Of a DNA stretch of 64,000 nt, positions 47,531 to 58,926 are shown piece by piece. The stretch is from Vicinamibacterales bacterium (GTDB taxonomy: Bacteria; Acidobacteriota; Vicinamibacteria; Vicinamibacterales; SCN-69-37). The first letter of the stretch is position 1; the number at the start of each line of letters is the position of its first letter. The notes under the pieces are model-generated. The model had not been told where the DNA came from and did no database searches. It saw only the letters and a program-made list of their open reading frames with translations. Location of the stretch: the NCBI GenBank assembly GCA_046594875.1, contig JBKJQX010000224.1, positions 54,172 to 118,171 of the forward strand, written 5' to 3'. A program made the translations under genes and the position numbers.

Positions 47531-47552
47531 AGGGCGGGGCTTCAGCCCCGCC
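47531..47552. other. GC-rich hairpin between etfB and etfA
   Basis: GGGCGGGGC-TTCA-GCCCCGCC, 8-9 bp. Confidence 0.5.
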
Positions 47553-47563
47553 ATGAGGGAAAC

Positions 47564-48526
47564 ATGATTCTCGTCATCGCGGAACAAAAAGACGGCGCCC
47601 TCAACCGCGCGTCATGGGAGGCCGTGGTGGCCGCGCAACAGCTGGGTGGGCCCGTCACGATCGTGCTTCCGGGCGCATCGGTGAGCGCAGCGGCCGCCGA
47701 ACTGGCAGCCGCGGATGTGGCCGGTGTCATTGCGCTTGAACACGATGCGTTGGGCGCGTACACCCCGGATGGTTTTGTGGCGGCCCTCTCGGCGCTCATT
47801 GCCGCGCAAGCCCCCTCACACGTGGTGTTGCCTCACACCTACCAGACGCGCGACTTTGCGCCCAAGCTGGCCGCGCGCCTGAACGCGCCTCTGGCGGCCG
47901 ACTGTGTGGGCCTGAAGCCCGCCACAGACGGCGGCCACACCTACGTGCGCCTCATGTTTCAAGGCAAGGTGAGCGCGGATGTGCAGCTCGTGGGTGACGC
48001 GCCCCACGTGGTCACATTCCAGATCGGCGCCTTCCGCGTAGACGCCGTGGCGAAGGGCAGCGCGCCGGCGCCCGTGCGGCAGCTGGCCGCCACCGTGGAT
48101 GCGTCGGCCATTCGTCAGAAGCCCGAAGCGCCGTTTCGCGAAGCGAAGCAGGCCGTGGACCTGACGCAGGCCGCGCGTATCGTGTCTGTCGGCCGAGGCA
48201 TCAAGGGCCCCGAACACATCGAACTGGCGAAGCAGCTCGCGGAAGCTCTGGGCGCCGAACTCTCGGCATCGCGTCCAATCTGCGACGCGGGTTGGTTGCC
48301 GATGGAGCGACAGGTCGGCAGTTCCGGACAGACCGTGGCGCCGAAACTCTACCTCGCCCTCGGAATCTCCGGCGCCATCCAGCACGTGGTTGGCATGAAG
48401 GGCTCCCGCACGATCGTCGCGATCAACAAGGACGCCGAGGCGCCCATCTTCGAAATCGCCGACTACGGCATCGTCGGCGACCTCTTCGAAGTGGTGCCGG
48501 CGATCATCGCAGCACTCAAAACGTAA
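47564..48526 (+). CDS. etfA: Electron transfer flavoprotein alpha subunit
   Basis: [11 protein letters not shown]... and the C-terminal FAD-binding region ([25 protein letters not shown]). The track ORF start at 47261 overlaps etfB out of frame. Confidence 0.92.
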   Translation: MILVIAEQKDGALNRASWEAVVAAQQLGGPVTIVLPGASVSAAAAELAAADVAGVIALEHDALGAYTPDGFVAALSALIAAQAPSHVVLPHTYQTRDFAPKLAARLNAPLAADCVGLKPATDGGHTYVRLMFQGKVSADVQLVGDAPHVVTFQIGAFRVDAVAKGSAPAPVRQLAATVDASAIRQKPEAPFREAKQAVDLTQAARIVSVGRGIKGPEHIELAKQLAEALGAELSASRPICDAGWLPMERQVGSSGQTVAPKLYLALGISGAIQHVVGMKGSRTIVAINKDAEAPIFEIADYGIVGDLFEVVPAIIAALKT

Positions 48527-48528
48527 GA

Positions 48529-48563
48529 CAGTCCAGGGTCCAGAGTCCAGAGTCCAGAGTCCC
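48529..48563. repeat. Tandem heptamer array, 5 units (CAGTCCA GGGTCCA GAGTCCA GAGTCCA GAGTCCC)
   Basis: Read directly. It starts 2 nt after the etfA stop codon. Confidence 0.93.
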
Positions 48564-48599
48564 AAAGTGGGTTTGGGGCTTCGAGCGAGTGTCGAGTGG

Positions 48600-49789
48600 T
48601 CAGGAGCCCAATCGGCGCAAGACGAGGTCGAACGACGGCCTCACGGAGCCGTCTGTGAATCGCACACCCGTGCGGGACCAGGGGATTTCATGCGGGTGCG
48701 TTTCGTCGAAGTAGTAGGCGGTCGACAATGCGGCAATGCCCCATTCGGTCACAGTGCGGACCTCACCGCGATCGCTCAAGCCGTTGCTATTCCTGTCGTG
48801 CCACAGCGCCAGCCCGCGCAGCTCCCGGCCTCGCACCTCTCCGTCCCCATCGTCATCCAATGCGCGGAGGGCGTGGTATCCGTTCTGCCAGAACGCCCAG
48901 AACGTGACGTTGCCAAACAGCTGGAGTCCGGACGTGATGCGGCCCGTTGCACGATGGTCATTCACAAGCCACGCCGCGTCCGACGTCAACCACTCCCACC
49001 GTGCAGAGCCGTGCCGTCCAGGTCGAAAGCCACGTTGGCCTGATGATCCACAAGATCGGACGCGTGGAGACCGTCGCGAAGCGGAATCGCGATCGGCGTG
49101 ATCCAGCGAATCCCAGACTCGAGCTTTTTCAGGCGTCCTTGTAACCGCGCGATCTCTTCCGCATCCCTGGTAGCGTCCAGCAGCGGCACCAAGTAGCGGG
49201 CCGCCTCTTCAGTCATCCCTCGGCCAGCCCCGACCCCTGGCAATGCAGCCTCGGGCTCGCCGACGAACAGTCCGGGCACGGCCTTCAGCTCGTGCGCCCA
49301 CGTGGCCTCGACAGCCTTGCGCAACACTGTGATCGCTTCAGCACGCTCACCAGCCTGAATCAGGCTCCAACCAAGTCCGATGAGGGCGACCTTGTTCTCC
49401 CGATCGCGAACGAGCACTTCGCGATACACCTTGATTGCCTCGGTCAGATGCCGGCGCGAGGCCGCAAGCAGTTTCGGGTTGCGCGTCTCTTTGACGTCGA
49501 ACTGAACCCACTCCAGGTCGAAGCCTCCTGGCAGGTCAGCGAACCAGGGGATCCACTTTTCGGGCTCATAGTTGGCGACCGGGATCTCGGTGCGCTTCTC
49601 CGCATAGGCCATCGCAAGCACACGGGCCAGGTTGATGCGCACCTCCAGGTCCCGAGGGTGCTGGCGCACTAGGCGTTTGAGGTTTGTGACAAGCCGGTCC
49701 ACGGGCACGTTTCGCACGTCCATTAACAGGGACTCGGCGGTCAGGGAGGCGGAGGCAACAGCGATCAGAATCCACATGCGGCGCAGCAT
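48600..49789 (-). pseudogene. Secreted helical-repeat / Ca-binding-repeat protein split by an apparent 1-nt frameshift (ORFs 48986..49789 and 48600..48989)
   Basis: The upstream ORF has a signal peptide (MLRRMWILIAVASAS) and ends ...AFDLDGTALHGGSG*. The downstream ORF continues in another frame as (EW)LTSDAAWLVNDHRATGRITSGLQLFGN...DDDGDGEV...HDRNSNGLSDRGEV. Together they form a contiguous DxDxDG-type repeat region. Confidence 0.55.
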
Positions 49790-49853
49790 TCGCACAGTGT
49801 CGTCTACCACACCCACCTCCGCAAGGCTACGGCGGGCAAGTGCGGGCAAGCCC

Positions 49854-49888
49854 CAGGACCCTGGACCCTGGACCCTGGACCCTGGACT
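49854..49888. repeat. Tandem heptamer array, 5 units (CAGGACC, CTGGACC x3, CTGGACT), overlapping the pntB stop codon
   Basis: Read directly. On the minus (coding) strand it reads TAG-TCCAGGGTCCAGGGTCCAGGGTCCAGGGTCCTG. Confidence 0.95.
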
Positions 49889-51284
49889 ACCCCACGCGCA
49901 GCGCAGCGAGTATCGCGTCAACGCTCTTCTTCGCATCGCCGTAGAGCATCCGTGTCTTCGGCTTGAAGAACAGCGGATTCTCGACGCCCGCATACCCAGC
50001 GCCTTTGCCGCGTTTGAAGACGATGCAGGCCGCCGCTTCCCAGGCGTGAAGCACGGGCATGCCGGCAATGGGGCTGGAAGGGTCATCGAGCGCGCTCGGG
50101 TTCACGATGTCGTTGGCGCCGATGACGAGCACGACGTCCGTGGTGGGGAAGTCGTCATTGATCTCGTCCATCTCGAGGACGATGTCGTAGGGCAGATTGG
50201 CTTCGGCCAGCAGCACGTTCATGTGGCCCGGGAGACGGCCGGCCACTGGGTGAATGGCGAAGCGCACCGTCTTGCCCGCGGCCCGAAGCACGTCCACAAT
50301 GTCGCGCACCGGATGTTGCGCCTGCGCCACGGCCATGCCGTAACCCGGTACGATGATCACCGAGTCGGCGGCTTTCAAGAGTTGCACAACCTCGCCGGCA
50401 GTGGTGGCGACCAGCTCGCCCTCGACGACCGCACCACCCGCCGGCGCAGCACCTTCCTCCGCGCCGAAGCCTCCGAGGATGACCGAGAGGAACGAGCGGT
50501 TCATCGCCTTGCACATGATGTAGCTCAGAATCGCGCCCGAAGAGCCGACGAGTGCGCCGGTGATGATGAGCAGGTCGTTCGCGAGCATGAAGCCTGCCGC
50601 CGACGCCGCCCAACCCGAGTAGCTGTTGAGCATCGAGACCACCACTGGCATGTCGGCGCCGCCGATGGCCATCACCAGGTGAATGCCGATGACGCCGGCG
50701 ATCGCCGTCATGATCAGCAGGTGGGGAAGCGCCTCGTGCCCGCCACGCAGGTACATCGCGCCGAGCCAAACGCACGCGACGATCATGCCGATGTTCAACA
50801 GGTGACGGCCGGGCAACATCAACGGCTTACTGCGGATGACGCCCTGCAGCTTGCCCCACGCCACGATCGATCCTGTAAACGTGAGCGACCCGATGAAGAC
50901 GCCCAGGTACGTCTCCACGTCATGAATCGTTCGTTCAACACCTGTCAGTGCAATGGCAGGCGCCAGGTGGTTGCTGATGCCGACCAGCACCGCGGCCGCA
51001 CCGACGAAGCTGTGCAGGATGGCCACCAACTGCGGCATGGACGTCATCGCCACGCGCGATGCCACCAGCGCTCCGATGATGGCGGCTAGCGTCAGCGCAC
51101 CCAGCAGCGTGGGGGACGTGATGATGCCGGCGTGCAGTGCGACGGCGACCATGGCGATCAACATGCCGATGGCGCCGAACTGGTTGCCGCGGCGTGCGGT
51201 GCTCGGGTGGGCGAGCCCCTTCAGGCTCAGGATGAACAGAACTGCGGCGGCGATATACGCCGTGACCAATAGCGACGTTGTCAT
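49887..51284 (-). CDS. pntB: NAD(P) transhydrogenase beta subunit
   Basis: The start [24 protein letters not shown] at 51284 overlaps the pntA stop. Multi-TM N-terminal half and C-terminal dIII domain ([31 protein letters not shown]). Confidence 0.93.
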   Translation of the reverse strand: MTTSLLVTAYIAAAVLFILSLKGLAHPSTARRGNQFGAIGMLIAMVAVALHAGIITSPTLLGALTLAAIIGALVASRVAMTSMPQLVAILHSFVGAAAVLVGISNHLAPAIALTGVERTIHDVETYLGVFIGSLTFTGSIVAWGKLQGVIRSKPLMLPGRHLLNIGMIVACVWLGAMYLRGGHEALPHLLIMTAIAGVIGIHLVMAIGGADMPVVVSMLNSYSGWAASAAGFMLANDLLIITGALVGSSGAILSYIMCKAMNRSFLSVILGGFGAEEGAAPAGGAVVEGELVATTAGEVVQLLKAADSVIIVPGYGMAVAQAQHPVRDIVDVLRAAGKTVRFAIHPVAGRLPGHMNVLLAEANLPYDIVLEMDEINDDFPTTDVVLVIGANDIVNPSALDDPSSPIAGMPVLHAWEAAACIVFKRGKGAGYAGVENPLFFKPKTRMLYGDAKKSVDAILAALRVG

Positions 51285-52900
51285 CGGCGGAACATCTTGA
51301 GCATGCGGTGGGTCACCAGGAAGCCACCGGAAATATTGAGTGTGGCCAGGAAGATGGCGGCGACGCCGAGCACGCTCGCCGCAGACGTGAGCCCGCCGCC
51401 GATCTGCAGCATGCCGCCCACGACGATAATGCCGCTGATGGCGTTGGTGACGCTCATGAGCGGCGTGTGCAAGGCCGGCGTCACGCTCCAAACGACCTGG
51501 TAGCCAATGAAACAGGCGAGGACAAACACGGTGAGGTGCGTCAGGAACGACTGTGGCGCGCCCAGGCCAATGCCAAAGAGCACGAGGCCTGCGGCCAGCA
51601 GGGGCCACCAACCCCCCGAAGACGATGACTCATCGGCCGAAGCGCCATGCCCGCCTTTGCCGTGGCTCGAAGAGGTCTTTTTCGCTGCTGCAGGCTTGGT
51701 TGCCTTCGCGGCAACCGCCGTCGAACCAGAGGCCGAAGCAGAAGCAAGAGTCGCGGGCTTGTCCGCCGTAGCTGAAGCCGAAGGCTTCGGGAGCGAAGGC
51801 GGAGGCCACATCAACACCCCGTCCTTCAGCACCGTCATCGGCCGGACGATGTCGTTCTGCTCGTCGATGGTGAATGCGGTCGCGCCGCCCATTTCTTCCA
51901 GCAGATGCACGATGTTGGTGGCGTAGAGCGTGGAGGCTTGCTGCGACATACGCGACGGCAGGTCGGTGAAGCCGATGACCGTCACGCCGTTCACATCCAC
52001 GGCCTGGCCGGGTTGCGTCAGTTCGCAGTTGCCCTGCATCTCGGCCGCAAGGTCCACGACCACCGATCCACGCTTCATTGAGCGGACCATGTCGGCGGTG
52101 ATGAGGATGGGCGCGCGCTTCCCGGGAATCAGCGCCGTCGTGATGATGACGTCCACCTCTTTGGCCTGCGCCGCGAAGAGGGCCATCTCGGCCGCGATGA
52201 ATGCCGGGCTCATTTCCCTGGCATAGCCGCCCTGGCCGCTGCCATCTTCGTCGAGTTCCACCTGCAGGAACTCGGCGCCCATGGACGCCACTTGTTCCTT
52301 GACGACGGGGCGCGTGTCGAAGGCGCGGACGATGGCGCCGAGGGACCGCGCGGTGCCAATGGCCGCGAGTCCGGCCACTCCGGCGCCGATGATGAGCACC
52401 TTGCAGGGCTGAATCTTGCCGGCCGCTGTGGTCTGCCCGCCAAGTGGGCGCTGCAGTGCGGCGACCGCTTCGATGACCGCGCGGTAGCCAGAGAGGTTGC
52501 TCGTCGACGAAAGCGCGTCCACCTTCTGCGCGCGGGTCGTGCGCGGAACCTGGTCCATCGCAACGGCGCTGACGCCATGGTCAGCAAGACGGCGGACAAG
52601 GTCGGTGTTGTGTGCGGGATACAGGTAACTGATGAGCGTCTGGCTGCGGCCCAGGCGCGCGGCTTCTTCATCAAGCGGCGGTCGCACCTTGACGACGACC
52701 GGCGCGCTCCACGCGCCTGAGGGGTCGCCGATGGTCGCGCCCGCCGCCGCATACGCCGCATCGTCAAATCCTGCGGCGAACCCGGCGCCCGATTCGACCG
52801 AGACGCTGAAGCCAAGTTGTATGAGTTTGGTGACGGAGTCCGGTGTGGCGGCAACCCGTCGTTCCCCTGGGGCTGTCTCCTTCACGATGCCGACGATCAT
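51281..52900 (-). CDS. pntA: NAD(P) transhydrogenase alpha subunit (dI domain plus C-terminal TM segment, with an S/A/K-rich linker)
   Basis: [17 protein letters not shown], Rossmann motif [13 protein letters not shown], and C-terminal TM helices with [12 protein letters not shown]. Confidence 0.93.
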   Translation of the reverse strand: MIVGIVKETAPGERRVAATPDSVTKLIQLGFSVSVESGAGFAAGFDDAAYAAAGATIGDPSGAWSAPVVVKVRPPLDEEAARLGRSQTLISYLYPAHNTDLVRRLADHGVSAVAMDQVPRTTRAQKVDALSSTSNLSGYRAVIEAVAALQRPLGGQTTAAGKIQPCKVLIIGAGVAGLAAIGTARSLGAIVRAFDTRPVVKEQVASMGAEFLQVELDEDGSGQGGYAREMSPAFIAAEMALFAAQAKEVDVIITTALIPGKRAPILITADMVRSMKRGSVVVDLAAEMQGNCELTQPGQAVDVNGVTVIGFTDLPSRMSQQASTLYATNIVHLLEEMGGATAFTIDEQNDIVRPMTVLKDGVLMWPPPSLPKPSASATADKPATLASASASGSTAVAAKATKPAAAKKTSSSHGKGGHGASADESSSSGGWWPLLAAGLVLFGIGLGAPQSFLTHLTVFVLACFIGYQVVWSVTPALHTPLMSVTNAISGIIVVGGMLQIGGGLTSAASVLGVAAIFLATLNISGGFLVTHRMLKMFRR

Positions 52901-52958
52901 TCAATGATTGTACTCCGGTGCCCTCGCGCGTGGCGCTCGCAAGTAATATGGTGGGCGT

Positions 52959-54830
52959 ATGCAGTGGGAGGTTTGGGTTTTTCGATTGGTGTTTGCGGGG
53001 TTTGTCGCCGGGTTCGCGGCCCAGATGGCCACGCGGTGGCGGTTAATCCAGGCGGCGCCGAACAATTTCACGGTTGATCACCTGGGTGGTCGGATCGACC
53101 GATTCATTAGCGAGGTGGTGTTTCAGTCGCGCGTGATCTCCGCCCGCAAGGCCGTCGGCCTTGCGCACCTCGCGGTGTTCTGGGGATTTGTGGCGTTTGG
53201 CGGCTTCACCCTGGTGGAGATGTTGCGAGGGCTTGGTGTGGTGGACCTGACGCACACCGCCCCGTTCGCCATCTACAAGAAGGCCCTCATCCCGTTTGCC
53301 GCTGGCGTACTGATCGGCATCATCGGCCTCGGCATTCGCCGCGCGTTTGTGCGGCCGGCGGGCCTGGGCGCAACGGTCTCGAAAGAGTCGCTGCTCATCG
53401 CGGTGTTTATCGCGCTGCTGATGATCACGTACTTCGTGAGCTTCTTCTACGAGCAAGGGCTGGTCGGACGCGTGAACTGGTGGGTGCACATGCTCATCAT
53501 TCTGGCGTTCATGGTGCTGGTGCCAAATTCGAAACACCTGCACCTGATCCTTTCTCCGGCCACAGTGTTTTTGAAGTCACCGATTCTTGGCACGGTTCCC
53601 AACCTGGATTTCGAGAAGGAGGAAGTTGGGCTGGAGACGGTGAAAGACCTGCCGTCGAAGGCGGTACTCGACGCGTTCACATGCGTGGAATGTGGCCGAT
53701 GCCAGGACAATTGCCCGGCCTTCGGTACGGGGAAGCGGCTCAATCCGAAGACGCTGATTCTGCAGAACGAAGATGCGCTTCTGGCGGGGGAGCGCGACAA
53801 GAAGTTGGTGGACATCTATGACCAGGACGTCTTGTGGCAGTGCACCACCTGCGGCGCTTGTGAGCAGGCGTGCCCAGTGGGAGTGGAGCACCTGCCGACC
53901 ATCATCGGGGCCAGGCGTGGGCTTGTGTCCAATGGAGAGGCGCCCGAGTTCCTGACGCCGCTGTTCACGAATCTCGAACGCCGGCAGAACATCTGGGGCC
54001 TGATGTACGACCAGCGCGCCAAGTTCGTGCAGGCGGCCACACTTGAGACCTTCGACCCCACGAAACACGAATACCTGATCTGGCTCGGATGTGCAGGCGC
54101 GTTCGAGGCCGACTACCAGAAGTCCATGCGCTCGTTGTTCGACTTGTTGCGGGCGAAGGGAAAGACGTTCGGCGTATTGTCCAAGGAACGGTGCACGGGC
54201 GATGTCGCAAAGCGCACCGGCAACGAATACATGTATCAGGAACTGGCCACGCAAAACATCGCCGACCTGCGGGCGTCAGGCGTGAAGAAGATCGTTACGT
54301 CCTGCCCGCATTGCGTCAAGACCATTGGTCACGACTACAAAATGATGGGGTACGAGGTGGAAGCCGTTCACTCGGCATCACTCGTGGAGGAACTGACGCG
54401 TGACGTCATGCTCGAATGGCGCGAGCGAGAAAACGTGACGTATCACGACCCGTGTTACCTCGGCCGCTACGCGGATGTGCACGCTGAGCCGCGGGCGTTG
54501 CTCGAGCGATTTGGTGCCTCCATCAGCGAGCCGGAACGCCACGGCGACAATCCTTTCTGCTGCGGCGCCGGTGGTGGTTTGTTGTTTGAAGAACACGAAT
54601 CGGGCAAACGCATCAGCCAGGAGCGGTTTGAACAACTGCAGAACACAGGCGCAGGCACCGTGGTGATGGCCTGCCCGTTCTGTTCAATCATGCTCAAGGG
54701 CGCGCAGGCAAGCACCAACGCGCCGGTGCAGGTGGTGGACCTGATGACCTGGGTGGACGGCAAGATGAAGGCGGTCAAGTCCAAATGCGCCCCGGTTGAC
54801 GCGAGTGCGCAGCAGGCTGAGACACATTGA
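52959..54830 (+). CDS. Membrane-anchored Fe-S oxidoreductase (HdrD/GlpC/DsrK-like; EtfD-like candidate ETF:quinone oxidoreductase)
   Basis: An N-terminal ~6-TM domain, two 4Fe-4S ferredoxin motifs (CVECGRCQDNCP, CTTCGACEQACP) and two CCG-type Cys-rich domains (..CCGAGGG..). Confidence 0.85.
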   Translation: MQWEVWVFRLVFAGFVAGFAAQMATRWRLIQAAPNNFTVDHLGGRIDRFISEVVFQSRVISARKAVGLAHLAVFWGFVAFGGFTLVEMLRGLGVVDLTHTAPFAIYKKALIPFAAGVLIGIIGLGIRRAFVRPAGLGATVSKESLLIAVFIALLMITYFVSFFYEQGLVGRVNWWVHMLIILAFMVLVPNSKHLHLILSPATVFLKSPILGTVPNLDFEKEEVGLETVKDLPSKAVLDAFTCVECGRCQDNCPAFGTGKRLNPKTLILQNEDALLAGERDKKLVDIYDQDVLWQCTTCGACEQACPVGVEHLPTIIGARRGLVSNGEAPEFLTPLFTNLERRQNIWGLMYDQRAKFVQAATLETFDPTKHEYLIWLGCAGAFEADYQKSMRSLFDLLRAKGKTFGVLSKERCTGDVAKRTGNEYMYQELATQNIADLRASGVKKIVTSCPHCVKTIGHDYKMMGYEVEAVHSASLVEELTRDVMLEWRERENVTYHDPCYLGRYADVHAEPRALLERFGASISEPERHGDNPFCCGAGGGLLFEEHESGKRISQERFEQLQNTGAGTVVMACPFCSIMLKGAQASTNAPVQVVDLMTWVDGKMKAVKSKCAPVDASAQQAETH

Positions 54831-55498
54831 TGGCTGCGACCGAGACGTCGTGGCGGCAGTCGCGACTCAAGCGGGCACAGGTGCGCGCCATTGCGTCCGT
54901 CGGGTGGCCGGTCATCGAGGGGTTGGGCGGTACCTACACATGGCGTGTGTGGGGGCAGCAACACCTGGACTGCCTGGACAATGAGGGACTTGCTCCGATC
55001 CATGCGTTCTGGCACGGCCGTGTGCTGGCCGCCACGCTCTTCTTTCGCGACCGCGGCATCGTGGTCATCACCAGCGAGAACTTCGATGGCGAGTGGATCG
55101 CACGCATCATCGCGAAGTTTGGCTACGGCACCGCCCGCGGCTCGTCATCGCGCGGTGGCGCCCGGGCACTGGTGCAGTTGCGGCGCGACCTTGCGGCCGG
55201 CCGGCCCGTCGCGTTCACCGTGGATGGCCCTCGTGGCCCCGCGCGGGTCGCACAGCCGGGAGCCCTGTGGCTGGCCGGCGCCACCGGTCATCCCATCCTG
55301 CCGTTTCACATTGAGGCCGATCGAGCCTGGACCACCCGAAGCTGGGACCGCCACCAGATTCCGAAACCCGGCGCCACGCTCAGCGTCGCGATCGGTGAGC
55401 CGATGTACGTGGCCGGCACCGATGACGACGTGGTCGAGGCCGCGCGCGCAGAGCTTGAGTCACGCCTCCGCGCCCTTGAACAATCGCTGAAGGCGTAG
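54830..55498 (+). CDS. DUF374-family (lysophospholipid acyltransferase-like) protein
   Basis: FWHGRVL, ITSENFDGEWIA, GTARGSSSRGGARAL, FTVDGPRGP. Confidence 0.8.
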   Translation: MAATETSWRQSRLKRAQVRAIASVGWPVIEGLGGTYTWRVWGQQHLDCLDNEGLAPIHAFWHGRVLAATLFFRDRGIVVITSENFDGEWIARIIAKFGYGTARGSSSRGGARALVQLRRDLAAGRPVAFTVDGPRGPARVAQPGALWLAGATGHPILPFHIEADRAWTTRSWDRHQIPKPGATLSVAIGEPMYVAGTDDDVVEAARAELESRLRALEQSLKA

Positions 55499-56425
55499 AT
55501 GCGTCTGTTTTCATCGCCGCGCTTTTCCGAACATTCGCCACCGCCCGGCCATCCGGAGCGAATCGAACGGGGACAGGTGTTCGAGTTGGTCGCCGAGTCG
55601 TTTCGGGGTGGTGGTGGGTTGATAGGGCCGTCGCGGATGGCCACCCGCGAGGAACTCGGCCGGATCCATACAGCTGCGTACCTTGACACGATTGAGTCGC
55701 TGGCCGGACGAGCGGCCACACTCGATGCCGACACGTTTACGAGCCCTGAGTCATGGGACGTCGCGCGCCTGGCCGCCGGCGCGGCCATAGACGCGGCTCG
55801 CCACGCGTGGGTGACTGGTGAGGCCGCGATGGCGCTGGTACGTCCCCCTGGGCATCACGCCGAACCTGGCAAAGCGATGGGTTTTTGCCTGTATAGCAAC
55901 ATTGCGATCGCCGCCGCGGCTCTACGCGCCGACGGCGTGGAGCGGGTCGCGATCGTGGACTTTGACGTCCACCACGGCAACGGCACGCAGGCGGCCTTCT
56001 ACGACGACCCGCACGTGTTCTTCGCGTCCAGTCATCAATACCCGTACTGGCCCGGCAGCGGAGCCGCGACCGAGCGGGGCGCGGCTGCAGGCGTTGGCAC
56101 CACGCTGAATCTGCCTCTACGCGCGGGCGCGACCGATGCGGACGTCCTGCGGGGCTATGAGTCGCATCTACTCCCGTCGCTGGAGGCCTTCGCGCCCCAA
56201 GTGCTGCTGATTTCCGCCGGATACGATGCGCACCAGTTGGATCCGCTCGGTGGCCTGCGGATGACCACCGAGGGTTTCCGCACACTCGTCGGGATGCTGG
56301 CCGACCTCGGCCGCCGCACCTGCGGTGGCCGAATCATGGCCGTCACCGAGGGCGGCTACCACCTCGACTCCCTCCGCGCCGGCATCGAAGCGACGATCGA
56401 GGAGTTGGGTAAAATACCTGAGTGA
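55499..56425 (+). CDS. Histone deacetylase-family (class II HDAC/AcuC-like) deacetylase
   Basis: [45 protein letters not shown]. Confidence 0.9.
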   Translation: MRLFSSPRFSEHSPPPGHPERIERGQVFELVAESFRGGGGLIGPSRMATREELGRIHTAAYLDTIESLAGRAATLDADTFTSPESWDVARLAAGAAIDAARHAWVTGEAAMALVRPPGHHAEPGKAMGFCLYSNIAIAAAALRADGVERVAIVDFDVHHGNGTQAAFYDDPHVFFASSHQYPYWPGSGAATERGAAAGVGTTLNLPLRAGATDADVLRGYESHLLPSLEAFAPQVLLISAGYDAHQLDPLGGLRMTTEGFRTLVGMLADLGRRTCGGRIMAVTEGGYHLDSLRAGIEATIEELGKIPE

Positions 56426-58926
56426 GTTCATACCGTCCGCAGAGTATCGAGAAGAAGTGGCAGCAGCACTGGGCAGACACCCGTGCGTTTGAGGTGACCG
56501 AAGACCCGACCAGGCCGAAGTTCTATTGCCTGGAGATGTTCGCGTACCCGTCCGGACACGCGCATGTGGGCCACGTTCGCAACTACATGATTGGCGACAT
56601 CATGGCCCGGTCCATGCGGATGCGTGGGTTCAACGTGCTGCACCCCTTCGGCTGGGATGCGTTTGGCCTGCCGGCCGAGAACGCCGCCATCAAGAACAAC
56701 CTGCACCCGGAACAGTGGACGCTCGACAACATTGCCCACATGAAAGGTCAGTTGCAGCGCCTGGGCATCAGTTACGCGTGGGAGCGCGAACTGGCCACCT
56801 GCATGCCCGACTACTACCGGTGGAACCAGTGGCTGTTCACGCGCATGTTCGAGCGTGGCCTGGCCTATCGCCGACGCTCGAATGTGAACTGGTGCGAGAG
56901 TTGCCAGACTGTCCTGGCCAACGAACAGGTCGTCGATGGCGGCTGTTGGCGCTGCGGCACGGTGGTCACCCAGCGCGAACTGGAACAGTGGTGCCTGCGC
57001 ATCACCGCCTACGCCGATGAACTCCTGAAGGCTGCCGAAGGCCTGACCCAGTGGCCCGACAAGGTGCTGACGATGCAGCAGAACTGGATCGGGCGCTCGG
57101 AAGGCGCCAAGGTCAAGTTCGAGCAGATCGAAGTCTTCACCACCCGCATCGACACCATCTTCGGCGCGATGTTCGTGATGCTCGCGCCAGAGCATCCGAT
57201 GGTCGAGCAGTTTGCTGCCGAGTCGGCAGACCCAGCCGCGTTCCGCGCGCACGTCGCAAAGTTCCGTGGGCAGGACAAAACCGCACGGATGAGCGGCGAG
57301 GTGGAAAAAGAGGGATTTGATACCGGACGCACGGTGGTGAATCCCTTCACAGGCCAGCCCGTGCCCGTGTGGGTGGCCAACTTCGTGCTCGGCGAATACG
57401 GCACGGGTGCCGTCATGGGCGTCCCCGGCCACGACCAGCGCGACTTTGAGTTCGCCCGCAAGTACAACCTGCCCGTGCGCATCGTCGTGCAGCCTGAAGG
57501 CGAGTCGCTTGACGCGGAGACCATGACTGCCGCCTACGACGGTGACGGTGTGCTTGTGGAGTCAGGGCCGTGGAATGGCATGGTGTGGCCCGAAGCGAAT
57601 CGGAAGATGACCGCCGACGCGAAGGTGCGTGGCATCGGCGAAGGCACCGTGCAGTACCGCCTGAAGGACTGGGGCATTTCACGACAGCGGTACTGGGGCA
57701 CGCCGATTCCGATCATTCACTGTCCGGCGTGTGGGATGGTCGCGGTGCCGGACTCCGACCTGCCGGTGGTGTTGCCCAAGGTCACGGAGTTTACCGGCCG
57801 GGGCAGCTCGCCACTCGCGCACGTGCCCGAGTTCGTGAATGTGGCCTGTCCCAAGTGCGGCGGCGCAGCCAGGCGCGAGACCGACACGATGGACACGTTT
57901 GTGGACTCGTCGTGGTATTTCTATCGCTTCTGCGATCCGCACAACGATCAGCTGCCGTTCGATCCGGCCAAGGTCGCGTACTGGGGCCCGGTGGATTTCT
58001 ACAGCGGAGGGGTGGAGCATGCCATCCTCCACCTGATCTATTCGAGGTTCTTCAGCCGGGTCTTCCGCGACGTTGGGCTGGTCACCATCGATGAGCCGTT
58101 TACGCGCCTGCTCACGCAGGGCATGGTGCTGAAGGACGGCGCCGTCATGTCCAAGTCCAAGGGCAACGTCGTGGATCCCGACGACATGATCGCGTCGTTT
58201 GGTGCCGACGCGCTGCGGCTGTACGTGATGTTCGTCGCGCCTCCCGAGAAGGAAGTGGAATGGACCGATACCGGCCTTGAAGGCGCGTTCCGTTTCCTCA
58301 ATCGCGTGTGGCGCGTGGTGGTGCATACGTCCGCCGCCGCACGACAAGCTCCCGCCATCTCGGGGCTCGTGTTCGACGAAGCGGAACGGGCGATGCGGCG
58401 GAAGACGCACAGTACCATTCGACGCGTCACCCAGGACATCAACCCGCGCGTGCACCTGAACACAGCTGTGGCCGCGCTGATGGAACTGGTGAACGAGCTC
58501 TACGCCTTCTGCGAAGTGCGCGGTGCGCGCCCGCTCGGCGTGGATGATGAACCCCCGGCCGTGGTGGAGAGGCCAGAGACCGCAGCCGTGCTGCGCGAGG
58601 CGACCGAGGCGCTGGTGCTGATGCTGTCGCCCTTCACGCCGCACATGTGTGAGGAACTCTGGGAGCACCTGGGCCATTCGGACGGTGTGGTGGCGGCCGG
58701 GTGGCCGTCGTGCGACGAAGAGGCCGCCCTCGAAGAGTCCATTGAGTTGCCCGTGCAGGTCAACGGCAAGGTGCGGGGACGTATTCTGGTGCCGGTGGAT
58801 TCGACCGTTGAAGCGAATATCGAGGCGGCACTGGCATCCCCTGGTGTGATGCCCCACCTCCAGGGTAAAACGATCGTGAAAGTGATCCACACCCCGGGCC
58901 GGCCGGTGAGTATCGTGGTCAAATGA
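56422..58926 (+). CDS. leuS: Leucine--tRNA ligase
   Basis: 834 aa. HVGH (HIGH-type) motif [16 protein letters not shown] and the KMSKS motif VMSKSKGN. Confidence 0.97.
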   Translation: MSSYRPQSIEKKWQQHWADTRAFEVTEDPTRPKFYCLEMFAYPSGHAHVGHVRNYMIGDIMARSMRMRGFNVLHPFGWDAFGLPAENAAIKNNLHPEQWTLDNIAHMKGQLQRLGISYAWERELATCMPDYYRWNQWLFTRMFERGLAYRRRSNVNWCESCQTVLANEQVVDGGCWRCGTVVTQRELEQWCLRITAYADELLKAAEGLTQWPDKVLTMQQNWIGRSEGAKVKFEQIEVFTTRIDTIFGAMFVMLAPEHPMVEQFAAESADPAAFRAHVAKFRGQDKTARMSGEVEKEGFDTGRTVVNPFTGQPVPVWVANFVLGEYGTGAVMGVPGHDQRDFEFARKYNLPVRIVVQPEGESLDAETMTAAYDGDGVLVESGPWNGMVWPEANRKMTADAKVRGIGEGTVQYRLKDWGISRQRYWGTPIPIIHCPACGMVAVPDSDLPVVLPKVTEFTGRGSSPLAHVPEFVNVACPKCGGAARRETDTMDTFVDSSWYFYRFCDPHNDQLPFDPAKVAYWGPVDFYSGGVEHAILHLIYSRFFSRVFRDVGLVTIDEPFTRLLTQGMVLKDGAVMSKSKGNVVDPDDMIASFGADALRLYVMFVAPPEKEVEWTDTGLEGAFRFLNRVWRVVVHTSAAARQAPAISGLVFDEAERAMRRKTHSTIRRVTQDINPRVHLNTAVAALMELVNELYAFCEVRGARPLGVDDEPPAVVERPETAAVLREATEALVLMLSPFTPHMCEELWEHLGHSDGVVAAGWPSCDEEAALEESIELPVQVNGKVRGRILVPVDSTVEANIEAALASPGVMPHLQGKTIVKVIHTPGRPVSIVVK

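Noticed and set aside
49841-49860. Direct 10-mer duplication GCGGGCAAGT GCGGGCAAGC upstream of the secreted-protein gene
   Set aside because: There are only two copies and no other occurrence in the window. This is too little to call a repeat family or operator.
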